A stretch of 64,000 bases of DNA from Candidatus Thalassarchaeaceae archaeon (GCA_023700255.1 JAJPRD010000003.1:41779-105778); one strand, 5' to 3'. Shown: positions 9,924 to 20,718, counted from the stretch's first letter. The notes: generated by a model from the sequence alone, not told the origin. Program-made: numbers and translations.

Positions 9924-12900
9924 ATGAACGATGATAATGATGCGACTGTTGGTGTATTTTCTAATGAAGATTTACTACCAGTTCCTGCGGTGCTAGCAAC
10001 TTTGATGGTGCTTTTCTTAGGGACTAACTATGTCGCGAATGCTGGAATAGAGAACGACGGATATGTAGACCTCTTGATTCTGCCAGTTATCGCAGCTTTT
10101 GCTGCGTTTATTGGTAGGATTTTGAACACATATGGTGAGTCGTTATCTACTTCGAATTTCCGTAATTCATTGATTTCAATTTTCTTCATAGTTTTTTCAG
10201 TTTTAGCAATTGAATTCGGATTATGTTCTCCTCTTCAAGGTATTACTTTCGCATTTATGATGATATCATCTCTACTTTTATCATCACATCAGAGAAATGA
10301 AGAGTCATCAATCTTACTTTCAGTCGTGATCGGATTCCATTTTGCAATTTCCTTTGCAACTAGGTACATTTTAGACGAAACATCTTGGAGCGGTAATCCC
10401 GATGAATTAATTGATGCTGTAAGAAGTTCTACTGGTTCAATTTTCTTTGCATCATGGGCTGCTTCAATCGCTTTGGGAATTCTTGTAACATTGGCAATGA
10501 GGGGCAGGTTAGCTACTCCTGGAACTGGATCTTGGTTCAGAGATATTCCTTCAATTATGCCTAAAGCAGGATTAATTACTGCTGGTTTGGTATTTATTGT
10601 TAATTTAATCCCATTGCTCTGGCTTGGTACTCTCGATAATATCGAATCTTACAATAATCATCATTATCTTGGTTCTGTTTGGGCTATGTTTGCAACAATT
10701 GTAGTTCTATTTGTGTCTTTTTGTAATTCTGAGAGATGGCACGTACTAGGGATCGTTGCAGCATTAAACTGGATCATTTATACCTTAGCTCATTTACAAG
10801 AAATTGGTAACGATTTACCTCTAGCTGTGCTTAATGGAAATGATTCAGTAGGCATATTCACATGGTTTTTATTGGTATTCTGGCTAAATGTTGGCGCTAT
10901 GATGGTTGCTGGTCGCGGATATCTTGGCGATATATCTCCTCGCAGAGATCATTCTGATTTCCGTAAATGGTGGAATCAACATTCATATGGTATAATGGTC
11001 GGTTTTGCACTTTTCATCGCTTTAGCAGTTAGAACTGGATGGAATGTACTTCCAGCTATGAATGCCGCTGGTACAGGTCTTTGGGATATGTCTGGTGGTT
11101 CTGACCCTTGGTACATGAAGAGAGTTGTCGATTATGTCGTAGCGGAAAGAAGTCATCTGATCATCGACTCGGATAGGGCTTATCCTATGATTGCAATAAA
11201 TCCACGTCCTCCTCTATTCTCCTGGTCACTTGCACTTGGAGGAATCCTTCTTTCATGGTTATCAGGTATGGCTATGGAAGAATCTGTTTGGTGGAGCGTT
11301 GCATCTTTACCTGCAATTTTTGGTGCATTAATTGTTCTTCCAATTGCTGGCCTTGCTAGAAAGCTACACAGTAATATGGCTGGTATAGTTGCTGCTTGGC
11401 TAATTGCTCTCATGCCAGGTCATATTAGTCATTCCACATTTGGTCTTGCAGATCACGATGCTTTTGCTATGTTATTCTTAGCTATTGCATTCTATTACTG
11501 GGTTAAGGCAATGGATGAAATAACTAATCAGAGACTATTCACTACTCCAAGTCTAAATCCACTTTATATTATTGCTGGAATAAGAGAAATGTGGCTACGA
11601 AATAGCAAAGTTATGACTAATGCTACTTTATCTGGTGTTTCATTCGCGATTGTAGCCCTTGGCTGGAAAGGTTTCGTTTATGGTCCTGGAATATTATTTA
11701 TTGCATTTGCATTCCAAATATTCTTTAACATGTTCAGACGCAGAGATAGTTTGCCTATTACTGCTGCATCTCTACAGATGATGCTGACTGCATTTGTAAT
11801 ACCACTACCATTTTATTGCTGGCCAGGACTCAATCTATTGTTCGATGCTAGTGGTTTTCAACCAATGTTTTACATAATTGGTTTCACGTTTGCATTAGGA
11901 TGGATTGCATCATCATATCGTGATAGACCTTGGCTATTAGTACTAGTAAGTACTATCGTATTAATAGGGACTATTCTCGTTACACTTAGATTACTACAAG
12001 AGGCTGAGATTTACGATGGTTGGGACATCCTATTCACAGGTGGATTCTATTTCTCTAAGAATAAGATATTCGGAACTATCGGTGAAGCACAGGCACCAAG
12101 TAGAGGAGTTCTTTTCGCATCATATGGTCCAATAGTTTCATTGATAGCAATAATTGTTGCTGTAATGTTGTTATGGCGTGGTGCCCGTAAAGAGAAACAA
12201 AGCCATATTCTTCTTGGATTATGGGTTCTTATCGCGATATACATGGCTTGGTCTGCAGGTCGTTTCATATTCAATGCAACACCGGCAATTTCAGTAGTAG
12301 GCGGAATAGGTATTGCTATGATGTGGAATTATGCTAATTTCTCAGGATTTACTAAAGAGTGGAGGAAATCTGGAATTGGTACTCCAAGGTCTCGCTTCTG
12401 GGCTAACTGGAGCGCTTCAAAGAGACATCCGGGGATTCCTGCAGTCATTCTTGTTCTAATGTTAGTTTGTTCACAGCATATGACCTATGGTATTGACTCA
12501 GGTATTCCTAGAGGTGAACAATCGGCATCTGATGTCGATCAAACTATTCATGATATCACTCCTGATGTATTTAGGCAAGAAATACTTGGTTTATCTCTCC
12601 TCAATAGTGAGAATTATGACGCAAATGGTGATTTATGGTATATGGGTACCTTCGGTCCCGGTTTCAATTCAGGTTCATGGAATATGGCTTATGAGTGGCT
12701 TTCTGAACAAGATACTGATGTTAGTTTCTCTGAACGTCCTGCCTTTGTTTCATGGTGGGATTATGGTTTCCAAGCACTAGCTCAAGGTGAGCACCCAACA
12801 GTTTCTGACAATTTCCAATCTGGCATTCCAAATAGTGGTGCAATGTTGTTATCATCAAGTCAAGAAGATACACTTTCCTTATTCATCACTACACTAGCTC

Positions 12901-15900
12901 AGGGAGATAGAAGATCAACTGATTCATCTAGTTTTACAGATGAATTTAGCGAATTAATGCTAGAAAGTCATATGACTGAAGAGCAATTTGATGAATTTGA
13001 CACCATTATGCGTCTTGGATTTGGGGATTCTAATCTCGTATTAGATCGTTCTATGTCTGTAGTTGCAGTTGATGGTAATTATGAGTTATTAACTGGATAC
13101 AAACTTGGCGATAATGGTATTTCGAATGATACTCGAGAATGGCTAGTTCTGAATGATGGCGATGAATTAAGTAGCCATGGCGATGAAGAATCAGCAATTT
13201 TAGCATTTAATGATGTGCGGAATTCTGTTTCTGAATTAGACAGATATGATGAGGATATAGATGATTTCGCGAATAAAGGTGAATTAGTTGTTCAATATTA
13301 TGATATAGCTGGATATAGATATACTCCTGACTTAATCGAAGATTTTGATGATATATCTACTGGTTTGCACCGTGTTAATGCAAAACTTGCACTAAGTCGT
13401 GCACTACTCTTACAAATATTTGATTCCAATGGTATGAATTCGTTATATAATGATATTTCTACAACTCTATTTTATGATGTTCAAGATTATGAAGGAGCAT
13501 TGGGAGAAATGATATCAAGGAATAATGAGATTAGATACTTTGCAGTAGATAATCGACTTTATCCACTTGGCGGGAATTACTATGAAGATTATAGTTACCA
13601 TCAGGGACAAACTACAGGTATTTTCCATGCACCTACTTCATTATCTGGATTAGATACTGAGACGTATATTTCTTCAGTTTATGAAACACAGAGGGGTGAT
13701 GGACCCATAATTCCACGTACTTCTGCAGAGTATGAAGCAGAGTACCTTAACGATGTAATCCGTCAACAATCAGGTGCTTTAACTGATGTTAATGAGATGA
13801 TTAGAATGGTGGATATTAATTATCAGCATCAACCAGAATTCTTTGACACTATGGTCGCACGAATTTATGTTGGATACGGAACATCTACACTGGGTCTTCC
13901 TGGTGATGCCGAACAACCTGCGCCGCATTTCTATACATCAGGTGCTCCAGGTTCATATTTAGAGAATGCATATCCTCTTCCTGGTGCAATGATGAATCAT
14001 ATGGTTTTATCTAACTGGTATAATCCAGACTGTGAGACTGATGATAACGGTACTCAATTAGATCTAGATTGTTCTAATCTAGGTATTGGAAGCGCTAATA
14101 CTCAAGTTAAGATAATGAAATACTACAGTGGAGCTACTATCGAAGGAACTGTTGAGTTAGATGGTTTAGGACCTGTCCCTAATGCAAGAATCTTAATTGA
14201 ACGTGATGCCTTTAGTGGAGATGAAGTCGAACTAGATGGTCATGTCACAGATAGGGACACGAGAACCTATTGGATTCCTATTGGTACCACTGATGCTGAT
14301 GAAAATGGGGATTATAGTTTCGTTGCTCCAGCGGGTAAAATTCGAGTCACAGCATTCTATGGTGAATCTGACTTAGATTCAGCGCGTGCTCAAATCATGA
14401 CCTCCAATGTTGGTCAATCACTTGGAGACCTTTTCGAAAGTGAGACACCAGGTGTTAGAAGCCTAAATCCAATTACAGGAATTCTAGGTAATGTATCAGG
14501 TTCTACTTGGTTATCTGAAACTATTGTTAATATTTCAGGAACCGATGGTCATAGTAATGGAGAATCTGTTATCTTTGCTCCAATTATTGTTGAACCAGCA
14601 TCATCTACTGGTAGATTAGTTTGGTCAGGGTCAGAAATATTCTCAGGTGATTCTTTAGATAGTGCTACTGTTGAGTTATCACCAGCATGGGATTTAATTA
14701 ATGCCGATCCATATCTTTTGTCAACATCAGACGGGTCAATCGAAGGAGATAATCTTAGATTCACTGGTACTGGAGAAGTAACATTTACTGGTGAAGGTAG
14801 TGTTACTACTTCATCAATAGCAACAATTTCTGATTTCACGGGTAATTATACACAAACAGTATTCAACAACCATAGCTTAAATGGCGATGGAGAGTTTGCT
14901 GGCAGAGGTGTTATTGATGGTATAATCACAGATGATATTCAAGAATTAATGAATTGTGATGTTAATGAAACAATGCCTGAGAATTCTAGTTTATGTATCC
15001 AATCAGATGGCAAATATCTCTTAGATGGTATAGTTAATGCAACTGGTCGATTTACTGCTAACGGCGTTGCATCCTTCACTCAAAAACTAGTACAAGCAAC
15101 TCTAATTGGTTCTGGTGTATTTTCTACAAATACATCTGACTCTACATTGAATAGTTACGGTACTATAAATGGTACTGGGACATTTACTGGTATGGGTATG
15201 TTTAGTGGTTCAATAGTTCAACCAGGTACATTCCACGTAGTGGATGCGATACCAGGAACTTACGATGTAGTCGTAATTTTCAGTGATGGAACACGTGTTG
15301 AAATCAATGATGGTTATGTTATATCTCAACAACCAATCAATTCAATTACTGAAATAGATATTAATGGTGGTTTAATTGAAGGTGATTTAATCGATCAATC
15401 AGGCAATCCATTGATGGCATCAATTATTCTAAGAACTAATGATTCAGTTAGCTCTGATGCAGTTGATGATTGTAGTGTAGTGATATATGCTCCTTGTCTG
15501 ATATCATCTGAGCTATCATGGGATGAGGGTGAATTAATCGGTTCTAAATTAAATTACGGACCAATTATGCCGGGTCATTATATCATAGAAATTGATATGG
15601 ATGGAGACGGTTTCTCCGAAGTATACAGAGAACATATCTTTGATGCTAATGAAGAATCTTCTTTCATATTCCCATCCCCTGTTCCTTTAACAACTGATTT
15701 GACCTTCTCATTAGTAAGAGATGAAAATGGAAGCGACACATTAGTGAATGATTTAAATTTGACACTAAACTTAAAGAATGGTTCAGGCTCAACAGTTAAT
15801 GCTGAATTCAATTCAATGACTAATGATTACTATGCTGAACTAGTACCTGGTGTTTGGATATTAAATTACACACTTTCTGATACAGAGCAATTATGGGAAG

Positions 15901-18900
15901 AAATTGAAGTAGGATTCGATGATTTCTCAACTGTTTACGAATTCCGTACCAGTCAAGTTGTAACTGGTACATTATATTACAATGAAAATTCTACAGATCT
16001 TTCAATTGATGAAAACAAAATCTTGGACTTTGTGCCTATTGTTTTCTATTGGGATGGTTTCAGTACAACAGTCGAAACATCATCTGAAGGTAAATTTTCT
16101 TTAGTTCTACCTGAAGGATCTACAGTAGATGCAATTGCTCAACTTGGCGTTGATTTAAAATTAGTTAATGGTACTCAATTTACTGTAGTTGCAGATATGG
16201 ATGAGATCACTATGGTTGCTCGACCGGGTCAATCAATTACAGGTGCTATCAGTATTAATAGAGCAGATAATTTATACAATGGAGATATTGGTGGTTGGGA
16301 ATCAGTAACTGTAATTGCTGAGAATCTTGATTATGATGTGCAATGGCGTGCTCAGGCTAATGATGGCGGTTTCTTTGAAATGGTTATTCCAAAGGGTAAC
16401 TGGCAATTTTCGGTTGATTCTGATGAATTTATATCAGGTACTAATGTAACTAATGTTGATAACTTTAACAATACGGTTGAAGTTATTATTTATCCCGATG
16501 ACTCATTATTGTCAGTGGATTTCTTCTTAGATAACTCTGGCGATAACAATCTCTCTAATGGTACTCCAGTAAGTTATGATTTCAGCTTAATATCATTAAT
16601 TAATGGTTTAGATTATCATATAAATATTGATGATTCTGAATGGAATGGAACTGGGCATGCAGATGTATTATTAGAACCTGGTATTTATCGAATATCAGTC
16701 GATATATCTGATGCTAATTCAGGTGAACTATTTGGTACAAGGATTCTTACTGGAGATGTCGATTTCCAAGTAGGAATGGAATCTTCAACGATTTCTCGTG
16801 CAATAGGTTTTGATCCTGAATGGCGAGTAAGTATGTCTTTCACAAACGAAAGTGGTGGAGTCTTATCCGAACAACTAGTTAGACTAAATAATGTAGAAAA
16901 TGGATGGGTGCTTTCACGAACAACGAATGTTAATGGTAGTATAGTTGGTTTTATATCTCAGGGTGATTGGATAGTAACTACTGAAACAATGTCTAATGGT
17001 ATCCGTGAAGGACTAAGGGAATTAATTTCCGTATCTTCTGATAATTCTGCAACAAATTTATCTATGTCTACTAGTGAACTTGCAGACGTATCATTCACAT
17101 TGTCCGAAGACGGAAGCAATGATTCCTTAACCGGAATAAGTTTGTTACTAGAGTCCGCAGAGGGTTTGGGATCATTCAGTATTGAAGCTACAAACTCTAG
17201 TGGATTAACTGAAATTAATTTAGTAACAGGGGAATGGATAGTTTCTCTTAATTATACTGACGATGGTAAGAGATGGCTAGTCGATGATTATACGATTTCA
17301 GTAGATATAAGTGATAATAATCATTACAACTTGACTGCTAATCTATATGTTGCACTGACAGGTACTGTATATTGGGATCTAAATGATAACAACGCATCTA
17401 ATGTTGGTGAAGGTGTTTCAGATGTAACTATGCTATTCACAAATGATATTTTGTCAAATAACACTATTGAATCTGGAGATAATGGTGACTGGGAGCTATT
17501 TGTTCCTGCAAATACAGTATGGCAGATTAATACCTCTTATGATGGATTTGAGAGCATACAACAAAGTGTATCTGTTTCGGATATGTCTAATGAAGTTCTT
17601 CTTGAATTAACTGCTGGTCTAGTAGACGTTTCAGGTAATCTATCTTACGACCTCGGAATAGAAAGCATCTCAGTAGATGATTTAGTCCTTACAATAATAC
17701 CTACTGAAGGTCTTGTTCGCGATTCGGTGACTCCACAGTTATTGTATGGTGATGATGGTTGGTTAGGTGAATGGTCTGCTCAATTAGAGCCAGGTCTTTG
17801 GATAGTCAGTGCTAGTGTCCCTACTGAAGATTTAGTTATCATGGGTCTATTAAATGTAGATGTGGTTGATGGTGGGAATCTAGATATGGAATTGACAAAA
17901 GGTGGTCTCCTTGATGTAAATACTGAATGGTTAGACTACGATGGAGTCTCTCATAATCTTGGAGAGATTGTCGATGCAAATATAGTCATTGATATCGGAT
18001 TTGGAATGAAGTGGGTCCAGGATGTTGAAACAGATGGTTCTTTGAATTTACTTTTACCTAATGGTAATGTTGAATTTTCAAGTGATTTTGAAATTGAACA
18101 AAGAGGAATTATTATGGAATACATAGCGGGTAGAGGAGTAGATGTTTATTCTGGTCAAGAATCTCCAGTATTATCTCTACTGTACAATAGGGTATCAAAT
18201 CATGAAATTACAATTAATACTTTGAATCTTACCTCTGGTCATGATAGTTATGTTGGTTCTATGAGTGATGTGAATCTTGTAGTTAATGCAACTGATGGTT
18301 TTGAACCTGTTGAATTTACTCTTGAAGTCAACTATCTTGGTCATGAATCATATGATCTTTACACTGTAGGGGGTCTTGTTTCTGGTACAGATAGCGCTGA
18401 ATGGAGCTTACAATTCGATAATGGTTCAGGGGAATGGAATACTTCCACTCAGTTCGAGGTAGGTCTCGATAATAGTCAAATGTTTAATGATTTGAATATT
18501 CGAGTCGTTGCTCCTAACCAATCTGTTGCTCATGCATTTGAAGATGGTCATAAAATTACAATTAGTATTTCTACGCAAGATGGTTATCTAGAAACTCATG
18601 AATTAATAGTTAGGATACCTCAATTACATGGATTTGAATTATCCACTCCTATGGATGATATATATGGTGTATATCCTGGTGAGTTATTGATCATACCAAT
18701 TGAAATTACTAATTCAGGAAATGGTGATGAGAAGTATGAATTTGAATTTGATGATTCAGAATTACCAGATGGTTGGAGTAGGACTGGTCCTACATCTCAT
18801 ACATTAGGTGGATTTGTTAGTACTATTCACAGCGTAACAGTTGTTGCTCCTGAAGATGTATCATCTAGTGATCAATTCTCGATATATGTTTCAGTTACTG

Positions 18901-19448
18901 ATAAGGTAGGTAATTCATATGAGACGATTGTAATTAATGTAATAAGTTCTGAACCGAGTCTTACGATTGAGAATGTTCAAGCATTAGGAGGCGGAGAACC
19001 TCAAGCTGGTGGTCAGATAACTTATATTACAACAATATCTAATTCTGGTTTAGTTGATGCAAAGCAAGTTCAACTGAATGCAACTCTTTGTAATGACGTA
19101 AGTTGTGAAAACCCAACATCCGTTAATGCTGTTACTACAATGGATATAAGCGCAGAATCAGAAATGCAGTTTAGTTTCTTGTTTGATTTGTCTGATATCA
19201 CAGTAGGACCTTATTATTTAGTTCTAGGGATTAATGCTAGTATATTCGGTGAAGAAAATATTAATGATGACTCTTGGAATGAAGTTGATGGTATACTAAT
19301 TGGTACAATGAATGTAGACGTTCGCTCTCCGGCAGTAGGTGATGACGAGAATACTGATATTATACCGTACATTCTAGTGATAGGATTGATATTAGTTGGG
19401 TTTTATCTGACTAAAGGACGTTCAAGGCGCCCAGGTGCTCCATTCTAA
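9924..19448 (+). CDS. aglB: Giant oligosaccharyltransferase (STT3/AglB family) with N-terminal multi-TM extension and long extracellular Ig-like stalk ending in a TM anchor
   Basis: SDPWYMKRVV, DHD (11451), TIGE (12075), WWDYG (12753) followed by DNFQ; then ~1800 aa of carboxypeptidase-regulatory-like and CARDB-like beta domains; C-terminal TM plus RSRRPGAPF. Confidence 0.9.
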   Translation: MNDDNDATVGVFSNEDLLPVPAVLATLMVLFLGTNYVANAGIENDGYVDLLILPVIAAFAAFIGRILNTYGESLSTSNFRNSLISIFFIVFSVLAIEFGLCSPLQGITFAFMMISSLLLSSHQRNEESSILLSVVIGFHFAISFATRYILDETSWSGNPDELIDAVRSSTGSIFFASWAASIALGILVTLAMRGRLATPGTGSWFRDIPSIMPKAGLITAGLVFIVNLIPLLWLGTLDNIESYNNHHYLGSVWAMFATIVVLFVSFCNSERWHVLGIVAALNWIIYTLAHLQEIGNDLPLAVLNGNDSVGIFTWFLLVFWLNVGAMMVAGRGYLGDISPRRDHSDFRKWWNQHSYGIMVGFALFIALAVRTGWNVLPAMNAAGTGLWDMSGGSDPWYMKRVVDYVVAERSHLIIDSDRAYPMIAINPRPPLFSWSLALGGILLSWLSGMAMEESVWWSVASLPAIFGALIVLPIAGLARKLHSNMAGIVAAWLIALMPGHISHSTFGLADHDAFAMLFLAIAFYYWVKAMDEITNQRLFTTPSLNPLYIIAGIREMWLRNSKVMTNATLSGVSFAIVALGWKGFVYGPGILFIAFAFQIFFNMFRRRDSLPITAASLQMMLTAFVIPLPFYCWPGLNLLFDASGFQPMFYIIGFTFALGWIASSYRDRPWLLVLVSTIVLIGTILVTLRLLQEAEIYDGWDILFTGGFYFSKNKIFGTIGEAQAPSRGVLFASYGPIVSLIAIIVAVMLLWRGARKEKQSHILLGLWVLIAIYMAWSAGRFIFNATPAISVVGGIGIAMMWNYANFSGFTKEWRKSGIGTPRSRFWANWSASKRHPGIPAVILVLMLVCSQHMTYGIDSGIPRGEQSASDVDQTIHDITPDVFRQEILGLSLLNSENYDANGDLWYMGTFGPGFNSGSWNMAYEWLSEQDTDVSFSERPAFVSWWDYGFQALAQGEHPTVSDNFQSGIPNSGAMLLSSSQEDTLSLFITTLAQGDRRSTDSSSFTDEFSELMLESHMTEEQFDEFDTIMRLGFGDSNLVLDRSMSVVAVDGNYELLTGYKLGDNGISNDTREWLVLNDGDELSSHGDEESAILAFNDVRNSVSELDRYDEDIDDFANKGELVVQYYDIAGYRYTPDLIEDFDDISTGLHRVNAKLALSRALLLQIFDSNGMNSLYNDISTTLFYDVQDYEGALGEMISRNNEIRYFAVDNRLYPLGGNYYEDYSYHQGQTTGIFHAPTSLSGLDTETYISSVYETQRGDGPIIPRTSAEYEAEYLNDVIRQQSGALTDVNEMIRMVDINYQHQPEFFDTMVARIYVGYGTSTLGLPGDAEQPAPHFYTSGAPGSYLENAYPLPGAMMNHMVLSNWYNPDCETDDNGTQLDLDCSNLGIGSANTQVKIMKYYSGATIEGTVELDGLGPVPNARILIERDAFSGDEVELDGHVTDRDTRTYWIPIGTTDADENGDYSFVAPAGKIRVTAFYGESDLDSARAQIMTSNVGQSLGDLFESETPGVRSLNPITGILGNVSGSTWLSETIVNISGTDGHSNGESVIFAPIIVEPASSTGRLVWSGSEIFSGDSLDSATVELSPAWDLINADPYLLSTSDGSIEGDNLRFTGTGEVTFTGEGSVTTSSIATISDFTGNYTQTVFNNHSLNGDGEFAGRGVIDGIITDDIQELMNCDVNETMPENSSLCIQSDGKYLLDGIVNATGRFTANGVASFTQKLVQATLIGSGVFSTNTSDSTLNSYGTINGTGTFTGMGMFSGSIVQPGTFHVVDAIPGTYDVVVIFSDGTRVEINDGYVISQQPINSITEIDINGGLIEGDLIDQSGNPLMASIILRTNDSVSSDAVDDCSVVIYAPCLISSELSWDEGELIGSKLNYGPIMPGHYIIEIDMDGDGFSEVYREHIFDANEESSFIFPSPVPLTTDLTFSLVRDENGSDTLVNDLNLTLNLKNGSGSTVNAEFNSMTNDYYAELVPGVWILNYTLSDTEQLWEEIEVGFDDFSTVYEFRTSQVVTGTLYYNENSTDLSIDENKILDFVPIVFYWDGFSTTVETSSEGKFSLVLPEGSTVDAIAQLGVDLKLVNGTQFTVVADMDEITMVARPGQSITGAISINRADNLYNGDIGGWESVTVIAENLDYDVQWRAQANDGGFFEMVIPKGNWQFSVDSDEFISGTNVTNVDNFNNTVEVIIYPDDSLLSVDFFLDNSGDNNLSNGTPVSYDFSLISLINGLDYHINIDDSEWNGTGHADVLLEPGIYRISVDISDANSGELFGTRILTGDVDFQVGMESSTISRAIGFDPEWRVSMSFTNESGGVLSEQLVRLNNVENGWVLSRTTNVNGSIVGFISQGDWIVTTETMSNGIREGLRELISVSSDNSATNLSMSTSELADVSFTLSEDGSNDSLTGISLLLESAEGLGSFSIEATNSSGLTEINLVTGEWIVSLNYTDDGKRWLVDDYTISVDISDNNHYNLTANLYVALTGTVYWDLNDNNASNVGEGVSDVTMLFTNDILSNNTIESGDNGDWELFVPANTVWQINTSYDGFESIQQSVSVSDMSNEVLLELTAGLVDVSGNLSYDLGIESISVDDLVLTIIPTEGLVRDSVTPQLLYGDDGWLGEWSAQLEPGLWIVSASVPTEDLVIMGLLNVDVVDGGNLDMELTKGGLLDVNTEWLDYDGVSHNLGEIVDANIVIDIGFGMKWVQDVETDGSLNLLLPNGNVEFSSDFEIEQRGIIMEYIAGRGVDVYSGQESPVLSLLYNRVSNHEITINTLNLTSGHDSYVGSMSDVNLVVNATDGFEPVEFTLEVNYLGHESYDLYTVGGLVSGTDSAEWSLQFDNGSGEWNTSTQFEVGLDNSQMFNDLNIRVVAPNQSVAHAFEDGHKITISISTQDGYLETHELIVRIPQLHGFELSTPMDDIYGVYPGELLIIPIEITNSGNGDEKYEFEFDDSELPDGWSRTGPTSHTLGGFVSTIHSVTVVAPEDVSSSDQFSIYVSVTDKVGNSYETIVINVISSEPSLTIENVQALGGGEPQAGGQITYITTISNSGLVDAKQVQLNATLCNDVSCENPTSVNAVTTMDISAESEMQFSFLFDLSDITVGPYYLVLGINASIFGEENINDDSWNEVDGILIGTMNVDVRSPAVGDDENTDIIPYILVIGLILVGFYLTKGRSRRPGAPF

Positions 19449-19485
19449 TTATATATCACTAGTGTATATTATACGGGGTGGATAC

Positions 19486-20718
19486 TTGAAGTCTCTTGAA
19501 AACTTAGACCTATTACCTGAGCCAGATGACCATAGGATTTTGACTGCTATTGATTCATCCGCTCCGGGTTATCCAGGGGCAGATTATGGCCTTACTGATC
19601 AAGAAGCTCGGGAATTAAGATGGCCAATTGGTCCTATGAAAGAGTATCTCTGGCCCAATGGTGCAATATTTTTTTCATTTGCTATAATTTTATTAATTGC
19701 TAGTTGGCCATGGGTTAATGCGTATTTAATACCGATTTTACCAGATTCTGAATGGGCATATGACGAAACTGGAATTAGGGAACTCCAATCGGAAGGATTT
19801 TTCGGAGAGGGAGTGCATGTTTGTATTGTAGATACAGGAATTGACATGAATCATCCAGATTTTGCACATCAAGAATTATTGGGTTTTAGAGACTTTGTAG
19901 ATGGTAATCATGACTCTATAAGGGATGTAGGTGATAATTCACATGGCACACTGATGACTGGTTTATTAATTTCTAATGGTAAATTCACGGGTGCGGCACC
20001 AATGGTCGGACTTTCTGTTGCTTTAGCACTGGATAATGAAGGTACTTCTGGTTCAAGTGATCGTGTTGCTCAAGCAATAAGATGGTGTAGGATTACTCAG
20101 AGGGTAGATATAATTTCATTGAGTCTTGGTGGAGAGCCTTCTGAGTTCTCATTAAATTCTCAAACTAATATTGCAGTTGAAGAAGCGCTCGAAGCAGGGA
20201 TATTTGTTGTAGCTGCTGCTGGAAATACTGGACTTGACTCAGATGTTGATGATGTATCCCAACCATCTAGCATTGCAGGTGTAATTTCAGTAGGTGCTGT
20301 GAATAAAGCAGGGAATGTTTGGGGAAGTAGTGCTTATGGCTCATTGAATGATCCCTTTTCAGATGAAGCTAGGGAATATCCGAATCAAAAGCCAGAAGTT
20401 ATCGCACCAGGTGTGAATATATTCTCTACTGCCTCGAGCAGTCTCTCATCACCTTATGCATATTCTTCAGGTACCAGTGACTCAACAGTATTTGTCACAG
20501 GTGCACTAGCGCTTATACTCCAACAATTTGGAGATGCAATTGCTGGCTCAGATGGCATCATCGACGCAGATGAAATGAATCGAGTGAAACAATCACTGGC
20601 TACCTCTTGTAATCGAAATAATTTTGAAAGTAATACTCATAATTCTCATTCTGGATATGGTAGCCTTGATGTAGTGAAATGGTCGGAAGAAGTGGCCTTT
20701 TCGTTCAATATTGCATAG
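19486..20718 (+). CDS. Membrane-anchored subtilisin-like serine peptidase (family S8)
   Basis: Triad motifs IVDTGID, SHGTLMTG and SGTSDS; oxyanion AAAGN; single N-terminal TM. ORF track starts at 19435, but TTG 19486 after GGGGTGGA is the likelier start. Confidence 0.85.
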   Translation: MKSLENLDLLPEPDDHRILTAIDSSAPGYPGADYGLTDQEARELRWPIGPMKEYLWPNGAIFFSFAIILLIASWPWVNAYLIPILPDSEWAYDETGIRELQSEGFFGEGVHVCIVDTGIDMNHPDFAHQELLGFRDFVDGNHDSIRDVGDNSHGTLMTGLLISNGKFTGAAPMVGLSVALALDNEGTSGSSDRVAQAIRWCRITQRVDIISLSLGGEPSEFSLNSQTNIAVEEALEAGIFVVAAAGNTGLDSDVDDVSQPSSIAGVISVGAVNKAGNVWGSSAYGSLNDPFSDEAREYPNQKPEVIAPGVNIFSTASSSLSSPYAYSSGTSDSTVFVTGALALILQQFGDAIAGSDGIIDADEMNRVKQSLATSCNRNNFESNTHNSHSGYGSLDVVKWSEEVAFSFNIA

